Shown one piece after another: positions 38,789 through 50,215 of a DNA stretch of 64,000 nucleotides. The stretch comes from Glycera tridactyla. Taxonomy: Eukaryota. The first letter of the stretch is position 1. The number at the start of each line of letters is the position of its first letter. A program made the translations under genes and the position numbers. The stretch spans positions 50,158,001 to 50,222,000 of the forward strand of contig OZ286469.1 of assembly GCA_965644265.1 (NCBI GenBank), in the 5' to 3' direction. The notes beneath the pieces were generated by a model. That model made no database searches and was not told where the DNA came from. It saw nothing but the letters and a program-made list of their open reading frames with translations.

Positions 38789-39786
38789 GATAAGAGTTTC
38801 ATATGACTTCCTCAGAATATGATTTGAATGTCATATCGGGTCTAAGATAGAGTTTCATATGACTTCCTTAGAATATGATATGAATGGCATATCGGGTCTA
38901 AGATAGAGTTTCATATGACTTCCTTAGAATATGATATGAATGGCATATCGGGTCTAAGATAGAGTTTCATATGACTTCCTTAGAATATGATATGAATGGC
39001 ATATCGGGTCTAAGATAGAGTTTCATATGACTTCCTTAGAATATGATATGAATGTCATATCGGGTCTAAGGTAGAGTTTCATATGACTTCCTTAGAATAT
39101 GATTTGAATGTCATATCGGGTCTAAGATAGAGTTTCATATGACTTCCTTAGAATATGATTTGAATGTCATATCGGGTCTAAGATAGAGTTTCATATGACT
39201 TCCTTAGAATATGATATGAATGGCATATCGGGTCTAAGATAGAGTTTCATATGACTTCCTTAGAATATGATATGAATGGCATATCGGGTCTAAGATAGAG
39301 TTTCATATGACTTCCTTAGAATATGATTTGAATGTCATATCGGGTCTAAGATAGAGTTTCATATGACTTCCTTAGAATATGATTTGAATGTCATATCGGG
39401 TCTAAGATAGAGTTTCATATGACTTCCTTAGAATATGATATGAATGGCATATCGGGTCTAAGATAGAGTTTCATATGACTTCCTTAGAATATGATATGAA
39501 TGGCATATCGGGTCTAAGATAGAGTTTCATATGACTTCCTCAGAATATGATATGAATGGCATATCGGGTCTAAGATAGAGTTTCATATGACTTCCTTAGA
39601 ATATGATATGAATGGCATATCGGGTCTAAGATAGAGTTTCATATGACTTCCTCAGAATATGATATGAATGGCATATCGGGTCTAAGATAGAGTTTCATAT
39701 GACTTCCTCAGAATATGATTTGAATGGCATATCGGGTCTAAGATAGAGTTTCATATGACTTCCTTAGAATATGATTTGAATGTCAT
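38789..39786. repeat. 56-bp tandem minisatellite, about 17.8 copies
   Basis: Unit GATAGAGTTTCATATGACTTCCTYAGAATATGATWTGAATGKCATATCGGGTCTAA. Unit starts fall at 38846+56k (k=0..16) plus one at 38789. Three recurrently variable positions and no spacers. Confidence 0.97.
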
Positions 39787-42780
39787 TTGGGGGACCATCT
39801 TGGGTATTATCGGCGTGATTGATACGGGGAGGTCCATCTGTGACAGCTGGGATACGTAGGCAGAAATCGGATTGTTTGCAAGTGCGGGGCCTAATGCGGT
39901 TGTCAAAGGCGGGCTGGACTTGTTAATGGTGGCGATGGTTTCTCCAGGGAGACCGGGTGTACAGTGGTCTCTCATTACATGGCCATGCTGTATTACTTTC
40001 CATCATCCTGAGTCACTCGCTGCATGACAGGCTGCATGACAGGCCACGGCCTCTACACTATAACCTGGCCTCACTCAATTAACCCAGGTTGCTATGGTTA
40101 GGACCGAAAAACTTCCCATGCACCAAAATGTTGCTGCTGGTGCCATGCTGGAGATTGCAGGTTCAAATCCACAAGAAATTGGATGATTTCTGAAAATGTA
40201 ATTTGTACATTTTAATGTGGGTAGTGGAGTGAATTTCTGTCATAGGGAAGATACTAGTGATCATTATCACCATCATCATGAAAGGTAGAGGGTTGCCAAT
40301 AAAATATTGGATGTACAGTGTTGCTAACTGGAGTAGCATACAAAGAAATGGGCAAATATGTGGTTAGCGCGATTCAGAAATCGGTGTGAAATGTTGGGTG
40401 GAGATGAAGTAGGGTGCTTCAGGGTGCATTCATGTACTGTTAGACTGGTGTAGAAGTGGGCCATCAAACTGCGGTCCATTTGCGCCTGTGAATAGATCAA
40501 TACTAGCAAATGTAGTACCTGATCAGTATGAATGGAAAGGGCATCCATTGTCTCATAGACCCATCAGTAATGGACTTTTCTATGTTCATCTCTGATATCA
40601 ACATTCATGTCATTCATAAAATGCAGTAAATGCAGTATACAAATATCTATCAGATGAGGGGGTGTATCAATACCCTACTCCCTATATTTTGCCACCAAGG
40701 ATGGTGGAGAAAGAGCCGTGTGTTGGCTGGCTGTTCTTCCGCCCTAATAAGTTTGTCTCCACACATGTGATGTAATCCTATTGTATGGCTGATTGAATGC
40801 CATCTGTACTCTGTGCCAGTCTATGTGAGGGAGGTAGGTGTCGGGGTGTGTATGCACATGGTATGTGTGTTTGTAAGTGTGGAAGCTCTGCCCAGTAATC
40901 CACTCAGTCCATCCATGGCCCATCTGTCGGCCCTATTACCATGCTTCACCACCTCCCATGCACAAGCCCTGTTCTCTCTCACAGGTTAGCCTCTTGTTAC
41001 CTAACATCACTCTCCCTTGGCCTTCTTGTGGGTGTAGCTGAAAAACATGATTGTCTTTGATCTTGTCACACCATTTGACTCTTACTCTGTTTGAATTATC
41101 TTTTGATGTGTAATCATCATTCAGCTTTTGTTGATGGCTGTAGCATGGTTATAGTTCTCNNNNNNNNNNNNNNNNNNNNNNNNNNNNNNNNNNNNNNNNN
41201 NNNNNNNNNNNNNNNNNNNNNNNNNNNNNNNNNNNNNNNNNNNNNNNNNNNNNNNNNNNNNNNNNNNNNNNNNNNNNNNNNNNNNNNNNNNNNNNNNNNN
41301 NNNNNNNNNNNNNNNNNNNNNNNNNNNNNNNNNNNNNNNNNNNNNNNNNCCTGCTTTCTCTCTCCCCTCTTCCGTGTATTTCTATCCCAGCATTCCCTAT
41401 GTCTCAGCTTGACATCATGTCTTGTCAATTTATGCTTTGACAAAAATGTCCGGCCTCCTCGCTTTGCAAGCTCCTTAAGTTTTGGTTGGAAGATGAGCAT
41501 GTGTGCTTGCNNNNNNNNNNNNNNNNNNNNNNNNNNNNNNNNNNNNNNNNNNNNNNNNNNNNNNNNNNNNNNNNNNNNNNNNNNNNNNNNNNNNNNNNNN
41601 NNNNNNNNNNNNNNNNNNNNNNNNNNNNNNNNNNNNNNNNNNNNNNNNNNNNNNNNNNNNNNNNNNNNNNNNNNNNNNNNNNNNNNNNNNNNNNNCATCA
41701 CCTATATTTGACAGTGCCCATGATTTGGGGGGGATAATGATGATTGAAACTTGACAACCTCATCTCACCTCTGTATTCCCAAGAATGCACTGCATTCCCC
41801 TGATTCAAGACCTGAGCAACTTGGGAGCTGAAAACATTGCCAGATCCTGCAGTAAATTGGCCCCCACATGTCCAGATGACCCCTTCAACAAGGGACAAAG
41901 GGTCAAGACTGGGTTCACCGAACATATGGTTTGATATAAAAATGAATCAAATCAGCATTCATGTCGGTATGAACCAGGACTTATCTTTGTATTCTACCCT
42001 AATTGCTGATAATTATCACTCCATGGTACCACCACCACTCTGTCAAAGAAATGATCCATCACACATTCACTATGAATCCTACTAACTTCGGCTCTTCCTA
42101 AGAAGAATTGGCAGATTTCTCTGAGTAGATAGTGAATGGGATCCCCAGGTTTATATGGATAGGATCCCGCTTTTTGAATTCCATGTTCTTCATGGTAAGG
42201 GTTAAGGATAATCGTCCTCAGGGTTAGGGACAGAGATAGAGGGCCTCAGGGTCAGGGTTGATTTTAGACACCATCATGATTTTGATAGAATTAGCAGTCT
42301 ATGCAGGTCAAACTTATGACCTCTAAGGTGCAAATGATTTTGGGAATAGGACAACTGTCGCGCACTCTCTCGAACAATTGGGACAAATTATGAAGACGGA
42401 GGTTCTCTTGTAGTGGAGGGACTGCAGTCTCAGTAAAAACTCTCCTTTAGAGCCACAGAAATGAAGCTGACACTTAGGAGTGGTTTGAAGTAAATGAAAT
42501 TCTGGCATCTGTTGGATCTCAGATCAGAGCTAATGGTACAATTTGACCCAATTACCTTCCAATGAATGTGATTCACAGCTTGGGATTTTCCCCGAGATCC
42601 TTCTCCAGGGCGATCATTTGGCACCAGCACTATCCTTGCCGTAGGTTAGTTTAGATTTGGTTCTGTGGACTGCCCATTCCTTGATGCTAGCCTAATATCT
42701 GTGGGACTTGTCATGTTCCAGATACAGGACTCATCAGTATTCAGATCAACATCGTGATGGAAGGCACCCTAAATATGACT

Positions 42781-42969
42781 CAGGGATGCCAACCATTATG
42801 ATTCTGGAGTGAAGATTACTCTTTTTGAGCTAGAATTTTAGACATTTTACGCAGAACTTCACTCCAAGAAATTCCAAATTTACTCATTTGATCATCGCAA
42901 ATACTGCCGCCTTTACTACTGAAAGTTGGCTTCATCACTATTTTATCTCATCAAAGGTTGGCATCTCTG
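42781..42969. mobile_element. Degenerate hAT-like MITE
   Basis: CAGGGATGCCAACC ... GGTTGGCATCTCTG (13/14 inverted match). The flanks give only a partial TSD match (tatgact / tatcagt). Confidence 0.55.
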
Positions 42970-44013
42970 TATCAGTTGAATCCATTTGATGATGAACCAT
43001 GAATTTCTCCATCCTTCTGGCTACCAAAGTGATCCAAAATATGGGATGCGGGTGGAAAATTTGGGCTGATCCTATTGATCGGCAGCCCCACGCCAGCAAT
43101 GTCGGCGTCCATCTGGTGGGTGAGAAGAACAGTGGCATGATGCCACGGCTGCCGCAGCTAATGTCTTGCGTAGTTACCATGACGACTATGCCAATCATCC
43201 CATCTGCCTTGCTAGTTTCCATGCACGTGTCTATTTGGTCAAATACAAGGTCACTATAGTGAGCCATGAATTGATGTTAAAGTCTTGGTAGTAAACCAGA
43301 ACACACTAAAAGCAATTATATTCAATTGCTTCTTTTGATAAAACTTTTGAAATAAATGAGACGTTGTTTAGATTAGAAATATTTTGGGGTGTTTTTGGGC
43401 ATCTTGGGTGATACTGGAGTTAAATCAGCAGCTCGTGCTATTCAATGGATGGTAGCCTATCCTTATATAGAGTCTGTTAGCCTCAATTTATGTCAGGATC
43501 ACTATCATTAGATGCCCGAGAGATATTGGATTAGGGATCTTCTACAGAGGGACAATGGAGATCTCTCTTCTGCGGACATTCGTTGAATTCAGTGCAACAA
43601 AAGTGTCTCGAATTTTCAGCCGGTGTCTCCGAAGAATGATGTCACTAACTTTCAATATTTCACCAGATGAAATTTCATACCTTTCATACCTTCATACCTT
43701 ACCTTGACCAAGTATTTTGCTTTATTTTGTAGGTCATACCCTCTCTTTCTCATTGCAGATTATTTTTTTCTAACATTTTGTATTTTAGATCCATTATCGA
43801 TGTATTGAAATGTGCCATCCAGGAGATGGTCTGATTTCATTTCTAGATCTGATGAGTGGTGATTCACCCATGACGACCGATTATTATATCATAGTGAGAT
43901 CCCAGTGATGCTGCCTAGTGCTTGGGCTATGTATGCTCTATCAAACTTTGTACACACAAGTACCAATATGTAATGAGTATCTAATGGTTTGGTGTCACTT
44001 TGTGTGTTTTCAG

Positions 44014-44141
44014 ATGAAGTTGATATTCTTGGCTATGGAAGTACTAGTGATACGGATGATCACAGCAGCATCCAGAGCAACTCCAGCGATGGTGGCTGTG
44101 CTGTGAATACACGCCGATTAACACTCTCCGATTCGCTATGA
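44014..44141 (+). CDS. MXI1: Terminal coding exon of the same Mad/Mxi1 gene
   Basis: Branch-like CTAAT at 43981 and acceptor tttgtgtgttttcag ending at 44013. The leftover G of the previous exon plus AT gives Asp, followed by EVDILGYGSTSDTDDHSSIQSNSSDGGCAVNTRRLTLSDSL and TGA at 44139-44141. This matches the MXD/MXI1 tail (EEIEVDVE...SDIDDHSSL.S..SDEG). The phase fits the 9348-9540 exon exactly. The supplied ORF track misses it. Confidence 0.92.
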
Positions 44142-45600
44142 TCAACTGCGCCCACACCCTGCACTCACCAGAACCATTAAACTGGCACCCCTTGTCGAGT
44201 AGCGGGGGGTGTGAGCATTGGGCGTCGACATGCGCACGATTCCATCCCGCGCTGGATCAGCGAAACAAGACTTCAGGAATCAAGAACAGCTCGGAAAGGA
44301 TCACTTTGAGCGTCAGGATATATATAGTCATTGAGCGAATGGAATATAGGTCTGTTGTGATTCCAGCTGAACGTAGTTGATTCGCTGACAAGATGGTGCT
44401 AGCCATATGGGTGATAGGTTCAGACTCGTGAGGAGTTCCCACTCAACATAAGGTGCTTACCGCTTTCCTCACGTGCGTGCTGTCTCACGTGGCGTGTAAT
44501 GTTTATACTATTATGGTGCATAGGAAGGTGCTCATTGCTACACCCCTCGATGTCACTCCGGGATTAACGTGTCAGTAACAAGAGTTGGAATGCTGCGGGC
44601 ATCTTGCAACTGCCTGGTGAATTACAGCGGACACAAGATACTTCTTTGGAGGATTCAGAACTACGAAAGAAACTTTGTTGAATTTTTTAATTTACATCAC
44701 AAGTACATCTATCCATATGTACCACGTTGTTTTTTGTTGGTTTTTAGTGAAGAAGAGAGACATTTATTATTATTATGTGAGAAATTTCTGGTTGTACATT
44801 TCACGGCGCTATATTTGAGCCAGGAGTTACCTGTCCAGTTCGTAGAGATGGGCCATTCCAAATCCTCTCGTAGGTCCAAACAGACAGTTCGTAGCAAGTA
44901 GATAGTCATAAATTATGTCAGTATACATCTATAATGCATGGCGTACCACCAGGCCGGTACGTTGTCGACACTGTGCAAGTCCATTGGAGAATTCACGGCA
45001 GGTGATATCGTGACACCGCGTGGAGAACTTAAGGCAGCTTTGACTGAGATAAACAAAAGTCTATATTTGAATGTGCAGTGTATGTGCGACCGTCCTGCAG
45101 CTTAGACGGACAGAAGCGGGACGTCAAGAATCAAGGGTGACTTGCAGTGATGTCCGGTACATTCGGTGAATTTACGAGGGAGTCGATCGATCGTACCTGC
45201 GACAGACGTGCAGTTGTTATATGTTCCTGGGTGTCGTCATTGAGCAGATATCTTGCCGACATCTGTCACAGCGCCGATGAAAAATATATCTGAAAAACTG
45301 AACAAAAAAATTGTAAAAAGCATAAAAAACTGTGCATCTGTATGTCTTGCTTGCGCCATATGTTGCTACTTCTAGAGACGGTGGATGCGGTTGAAGTAAT
45401 GTGTGATGATGAACGTCCCACTCTTTGACGTTGATTTCTACATCGCTACCTGCGACCAAACCGTCTGATTCTAACGCGATTGTGCAGTTTGGTGCCTAGT
45501 ACATAGTGTCCCGATATGGAATAATCACCCCCAAAGCCCTCGATGATCCTGTCATTTCCAATTTCACCTCTCACATGTAAACAATACTGGTTGTGTGATG
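44142..45600 (+). other. Probable 3' UTR of Mad/Mxi1 (3' end undefined)
   Basis: Follows the stop codon and contains U/AU-rich tracts (e.g. catttattattattatgtg near 44761). No canonical AATAAA was noticed nearby, so the end coordinate is a guess. Confidence 0.4.
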
Positions 45601-46015
45601 ACTTCCAACTACCCCTACCTACTGTCATGGCTTTGAACATTCAGTATTCCCTGGAGACTAAGGGTTAGTTATATTGGAGCCAAAGCCAGATCAACTAAAA
45701 TAGATGGGATCAACTGTACCCATTTTCACTGATGTAAAAATATTGAAGCGTATGCTCTGTTCATGTCAAGGAAACGCCAGTCTCGGCTGAGGTTTTCTTA
45801 AGTGGTGTCAGCATTCTGAGTTTGAGGCAACCAATAAGGAAACACTGGTTTCCAACAGGCTCATCATCACTACAAAGCCCTTTTCTGGAGTTGGAATATC
45901 CGGTGTTCATCCCATGTGGTGGTCCATAAATAGCCCAATATAGGGGATGGGTTGTGCAAGGTTCTTGTCTCCCGATACTAAGGTGCAATCTTTGTGTTGC
46001 ATGCACACACACGCC

Positions 46016-46058
46016 AGGGACTGATGAAATTCCCACGAGGGACTGATGAAATTCCCAC
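46016..46058. repeat. Perfect 21-bp direct duplication
   Basis: AGGGACTGATGAAATTCCCAC at 46016-46036 and 46038-46058. Confidence 0.9.
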
Positions 46059-46883
46059 ATTAACCTACTAACCTTTGAAGTAAGTTGTGCTCCCACGTTC
46101 TGCTCTTCCAACTCAGGGACTACATGGAAGACGGTGGGTTAAGTCGACACAAAGAAGGGATGCTAACCCAGTTGCTATTGGGCATCCGGTGATTTCAGAA
46201 TGGGTCTCACTTCTTCACTCCCTTCCAGTCCAGGTGGGAAACTTGATCACTCAGCCCCTGTTTTTATATATACGTATATATCTATATCTATATCTAGATG
46301 TGAATGTTTTGATGAGAAGCTTGGATGTTTTTTTTCTGTCTGGACAAGAGCAATATATGATAATTCGGAGGTTCTTCTCGGAATTGTGGTTGCCGGAAAT
46401 ACTGATGTAGTTGTGGTGTCAACGGCTACCATTCTGAATGCTGCCCAGTATCGGGAGTGACATGGCTAACCAGGGAAATGCAGTGGAACACAAAAAATGG
46501 TTTCTCGCTCTACTTTTACAGACACGGAGCTTGTTCTACTGGGGTCCTACAGAATGTAAAAAATGCATGGCCAGTTTGGGAGAGGGGGTTGCTTCTCCTT
46601 TGAAGATTCGGTTAACCTTTAATTTCATTTATTTGGTTACGGTGAAATGAATCTTTCCCTAACTGATCTGAAGCTATTGTCAGAGTCTTATCACCTACCA
46701 GTCATCATTATTTTTCTTCCTGTCGATGTTGGAATAGGGTAGAAGAAACACTGGTCTTCTATCCCATTCTGGTGTTCTCTTGAATAGTACTAACCTGTCC
46801 ACAAGTCCACGGAAAACACATGACAAAGTTGCATTTCACAACAGATGATGGAGTCACCATCTCATCGGGGAAATCTTGTGCTA

Positions 46884-46896
46884 GTTGCATGGCAAC
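46884..46896. promoter_or_regulatory. RFX X-box (GTTGCATGGCAAC)
   Basis: Two perfect GTTGC/GCAAC half-sites with a 3-nt spacer. Confidence 0.55.
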
Positions 46897-49800
46897 CATT
46901 TCAAGTCATCCCTGGGAATTTCAAAGGTCCAGAGTGTGTCATTTTGGGATGGGGCTGAGGTATTTTGTAATGCCCCAGCTCCTCTCAGAATCCTATATAG
47001 TACCTTTCCATTCTCATGGGATGATTTTTATATGCATTTATGAGATGAAATATTGCGTTATTGTCTCCAGCAAGTTTCATGTGAAGACTCGTATCTTCAA
47101 TGTTTCAAGCTTTTTCATTCACCGGAGAAACCCGAGCTTGAGTGAGGTCGTTCATGTGAATGTGTCTCTCAATAGGAGTAACTGTATGCCATGCAGCTGG
47201 ACGATATTTCCCAGAATTCAACTGTGATGAGGAGCCATACAGGGTGGATGAATTATTAGTCAAGATCAGAAACCATCATCCAATACTATGATGTGAGGAA
47301 AAAACACGTGGACGTACTTGGTAAAAATGGGAGTTGACGCCACGTGGATGTACTATTTGTAAGGTCAAGATGTTTGCATCTGTAGAATCTTTGTAATCTA
47401 TCTAGTCGTGGCGTAAATTGTATTTTTATGAATCTGCAAAGAGTAGATTATCGATGGGTGAGTGCGTGTGTGTACCTGCCACCTGGTGGCCATAAGGTGG
47501 AGTATTAATGCACAGATTGAAAGGCAGCAGTACCAACAGCAGCAAGCGTTCGGCTTTTTGGCCGATGACGACTTCTCGTCGTCAGCTTTCATTGCAAATA
47601 TGTGATAATGATCTCCGGTGAAATACCATCATCACCCCCATTGAACTTCCAGTGGCACTCCTCAGGGAGCAAGAGAATGAGAATGAGTGTATGTGTGATT
47701 TCCAACTTTATCATGGAAAATATATCGAGATACTCTCCCAAACGCCAACACCTTCTGTGCGTCAATGAAGCATTTGGTGACTTTTTGTAACTTTGACATG
47801 GAGGATATTTTCAGTGGACGCAGTATTCCACCTAACCAGCTGCAAAGGTGGCGTGCATGGGAGTGAGTTATAGCCTTTGATTTGATTATCCACTCTTCAT
47901 TTTGACTTTATATTGTGGCATTTTTAAAGTATGCTAATGCATCCATCGATACAAGCTGACGAATCTTGACTTGAGACTGGTCGGTTATTAGATAAAGCAG
48001 TGCAGACTCTTTTTATGTAAACCCCAGAGCAGGAAAGCGTATCCATAATAGATACAGATTACCTACAATGGGGCTAACTTAGATATTATCTCGCTAAGCC
48101 AAATACATGTACCTATTGAAATTAGTATGTAGATCTCACTGCTTCTTAACGAAAATTTGATTGGTGTGTGAAAGACACTGGAAAACTAATTGTAAGTCAC
48201 CTTCAATTGTCACGGTCATCCTCATCTGTTCTCTCAGCTCCACTCGTAACAGACATCACCGTTTCTGCAAAGTACGAACCATCTGTATTATCACTCAACC
48301 GTCACTGTATCTTGTTCAGTCTGATGTGAAAGAGGTGAAGCATGAAGTGAGTCTGCTAATGAAAATGAATGAAATGGTCGAGGCAATCTTCCCTCCAACA
48401 TTGTCCTGCCAAATTCTCGCAGTTTTCATCCAGCCATGCTTCAATCTGGTTTTTCATCCAATGTGCCATAAATACTGGTGTATAAGAGAAAGGTGACCCC
48501 CATCAATAACAGTCCCATGCTCTCATAACATCTTTACCATCTTCGCTTTAAGAAAACTCCGGTCTTAATCGGTTTTCAGTAGAGGTCGATGTTTTCTAAA
48601 GTTGAAGACATAGTTGGACATTTTTCACCATCTTTGGTACTTCTAGTGACAAAATTTGAGATGGGATCATCCAGTCACTTTGTTGACTCTCCTGTTGTCA
48701 AATGTGGACTGATTCTTGAATTTGACATGAAAGCACAAAACGATTTCTTACCAAACCAGCGAGGAATGGCGCCAAAAGTTCGGGAGACCTCCACATGTCT
48801 CAGTAACTCGACATGCTGATCTGGCCACACAATGTTCATTTTGAGGAGAAAAATCCTGAGCAACCATTTAACTCCTTTGCATATTCTAGCCATTAAACCC
48901 CCTTTTTGCATAAGAAGGTGGATAATGTATCTGAAAGCATTTGTCCATTGTTGGTCATCATCTGCTGAAGCATTATCAAGTGAAAATGTCCTGGTACAAC
49001 AGGTCGTACCTTATGACAATCAGTCACCGCGATCCATCAACCTTGATGTACACAGTGGGAAATACACTTTTGAGTTAGTCAATTCAAGTAAACCCCATCA
49101 GATTTTGTGCCTCTCATTTTTCATCTCTTTATATTTGCAGTTCAGTGCACGAGTATGAACTAGGGTTGCCTCTAGCAGAGCCAGTTGCAATTGGTCACGC
49201 AACTGTCACAGTTGGCATGATATTCCCTTGTATCAAGTACTGTGCTTAGTTTAAAGCATTGTTTTGGAATTGAAGGCCAGCATGCAGTTAGTTACGCAGA
49301 TATGCCATCAATATTCATATTATTGAATGCAGGTAGAGGTGGGTCTGAACTGACAGCTAATTTCACATGACAACCTCTGGTTGCTCATTGTCTTGTGCTC
49401 AAGGTTTGTGAGAGTGAAAGCTGACAGGGTCGGAGCATTCAGCTCTTGAAGATCTGCACAATCCTTTGGATTTATAATTTCCAATAGACTCCATTGAATC
49501 AATCAATCAATCGATTGATTTTCTGCTACTGTACTTTCAAGTTGGTGGTGTTGTGGTGGCTGGCAGTTGATGATGATGCCCGGCTTTGATGACAGATGCA
49601 ATTATGATGTTGATCTCATTGGGCTACTATCTATTCACATTCCATCTTGGAGGGAATCTCCTCGAAAATCGATCATTCGTGTGGACTCAGCATCAGGGAG
49701 AGTCAACCAAGCGTTTTGGGACATCTATCCAGAAATCACCTCAAATCTTATGATTATACAATCAGTAACCTTTCAGAAAAAAATGACACCGAGAGTGTAT

Positions 49801-50200
49801 GAATTGCGAGAGAATGAGTGAATTAACCAACATGTTTGTTGTCCTTGAAGCAAGAGTAGACCACCAGATTCTCCATGTGCCATGTCTTTAGGGAGGGCGT
49901 ATGTGTGTGTCACCAGGCTAGAAGCGTTTTCTCAATACCAAGACATCACTGGGTAAATTAGATTTTCACCATGGATTCACTGTGATGAAAAAAAAACAAG
50001 AGAAATGTTTCAATTGCTTCTGTATCAGACAGTGATGAGAAGCATGAAAGTCATCATTCTAATCAGAAAATCCGGCATGGGTGTGATGGGATCCAAAATG
50101 GCTGACATATCTCGCAGGGTCTGTATTTTTTCGACAGGTGCCAGGCACCATTACACTAGTACAGGCCATTTAAGGCTGTGTGATGGGACGATCCATCTGC

Positions 50201-50215
50201 GGTTGCTTAGCAACC
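50201..50215. promoter_or_regulatory. RFX X-box (GGTTGCTTAGCAACC)
   Basis: 7-bp perfect inverted arms around a single base; core GTTGC-TTA-GCAAC. Confidence 0.6.

Larger units (their letters stand above)
9541..44013 (+). other. 34,473-bp GT-AG phase-1 intron of the Mad/Mxi1 gene
   Basis: Bounded by the two exons above. Joining them restores a contiguous MXD-like sequence (SEPSEP-DEVDIL). No recognisable nested coding gene was seen. Confidence 0.85.

Noticed and set aside
38789-39786. CRISPR array
   Set aside because: The units are contiguous with no unique spacers, there are no cas genes, and the context is a eukaryotic intron. It is a minisatellite.
42197-42259. Interstitial telomeric repeat
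   Set aside because: There are only scattered AGGGTT/TTAGGG-like words, not a tandem array.
43700-43790. Alternative acceptors (AG at about 43732 and 43758) upstream of the terminal exon
   Set aside because: They lie in a generally pyrimidine-rich area and give short non-homologous peptides with early stops. The 44014 acceptor gives the conserved tail.
9541-44013. Recursive-splicing (AG|GTAAGT) sites in the long intron
   Set aside because: Only weak candidates (e.g. cag|gttacc near 9910, tag|gtgata at 38787) were noticed by eye, and none combined a strong tract with a consensus donor.
46016-46058. Hammerhead ribozyme or C/D snoRNA from the duplicated CTGATGA
   Set aside because: There is no correctly placed stem II-GAAA and no stem I/III with NUH, and no terminal C/D stem. 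It is a simple 21-bp duplication.
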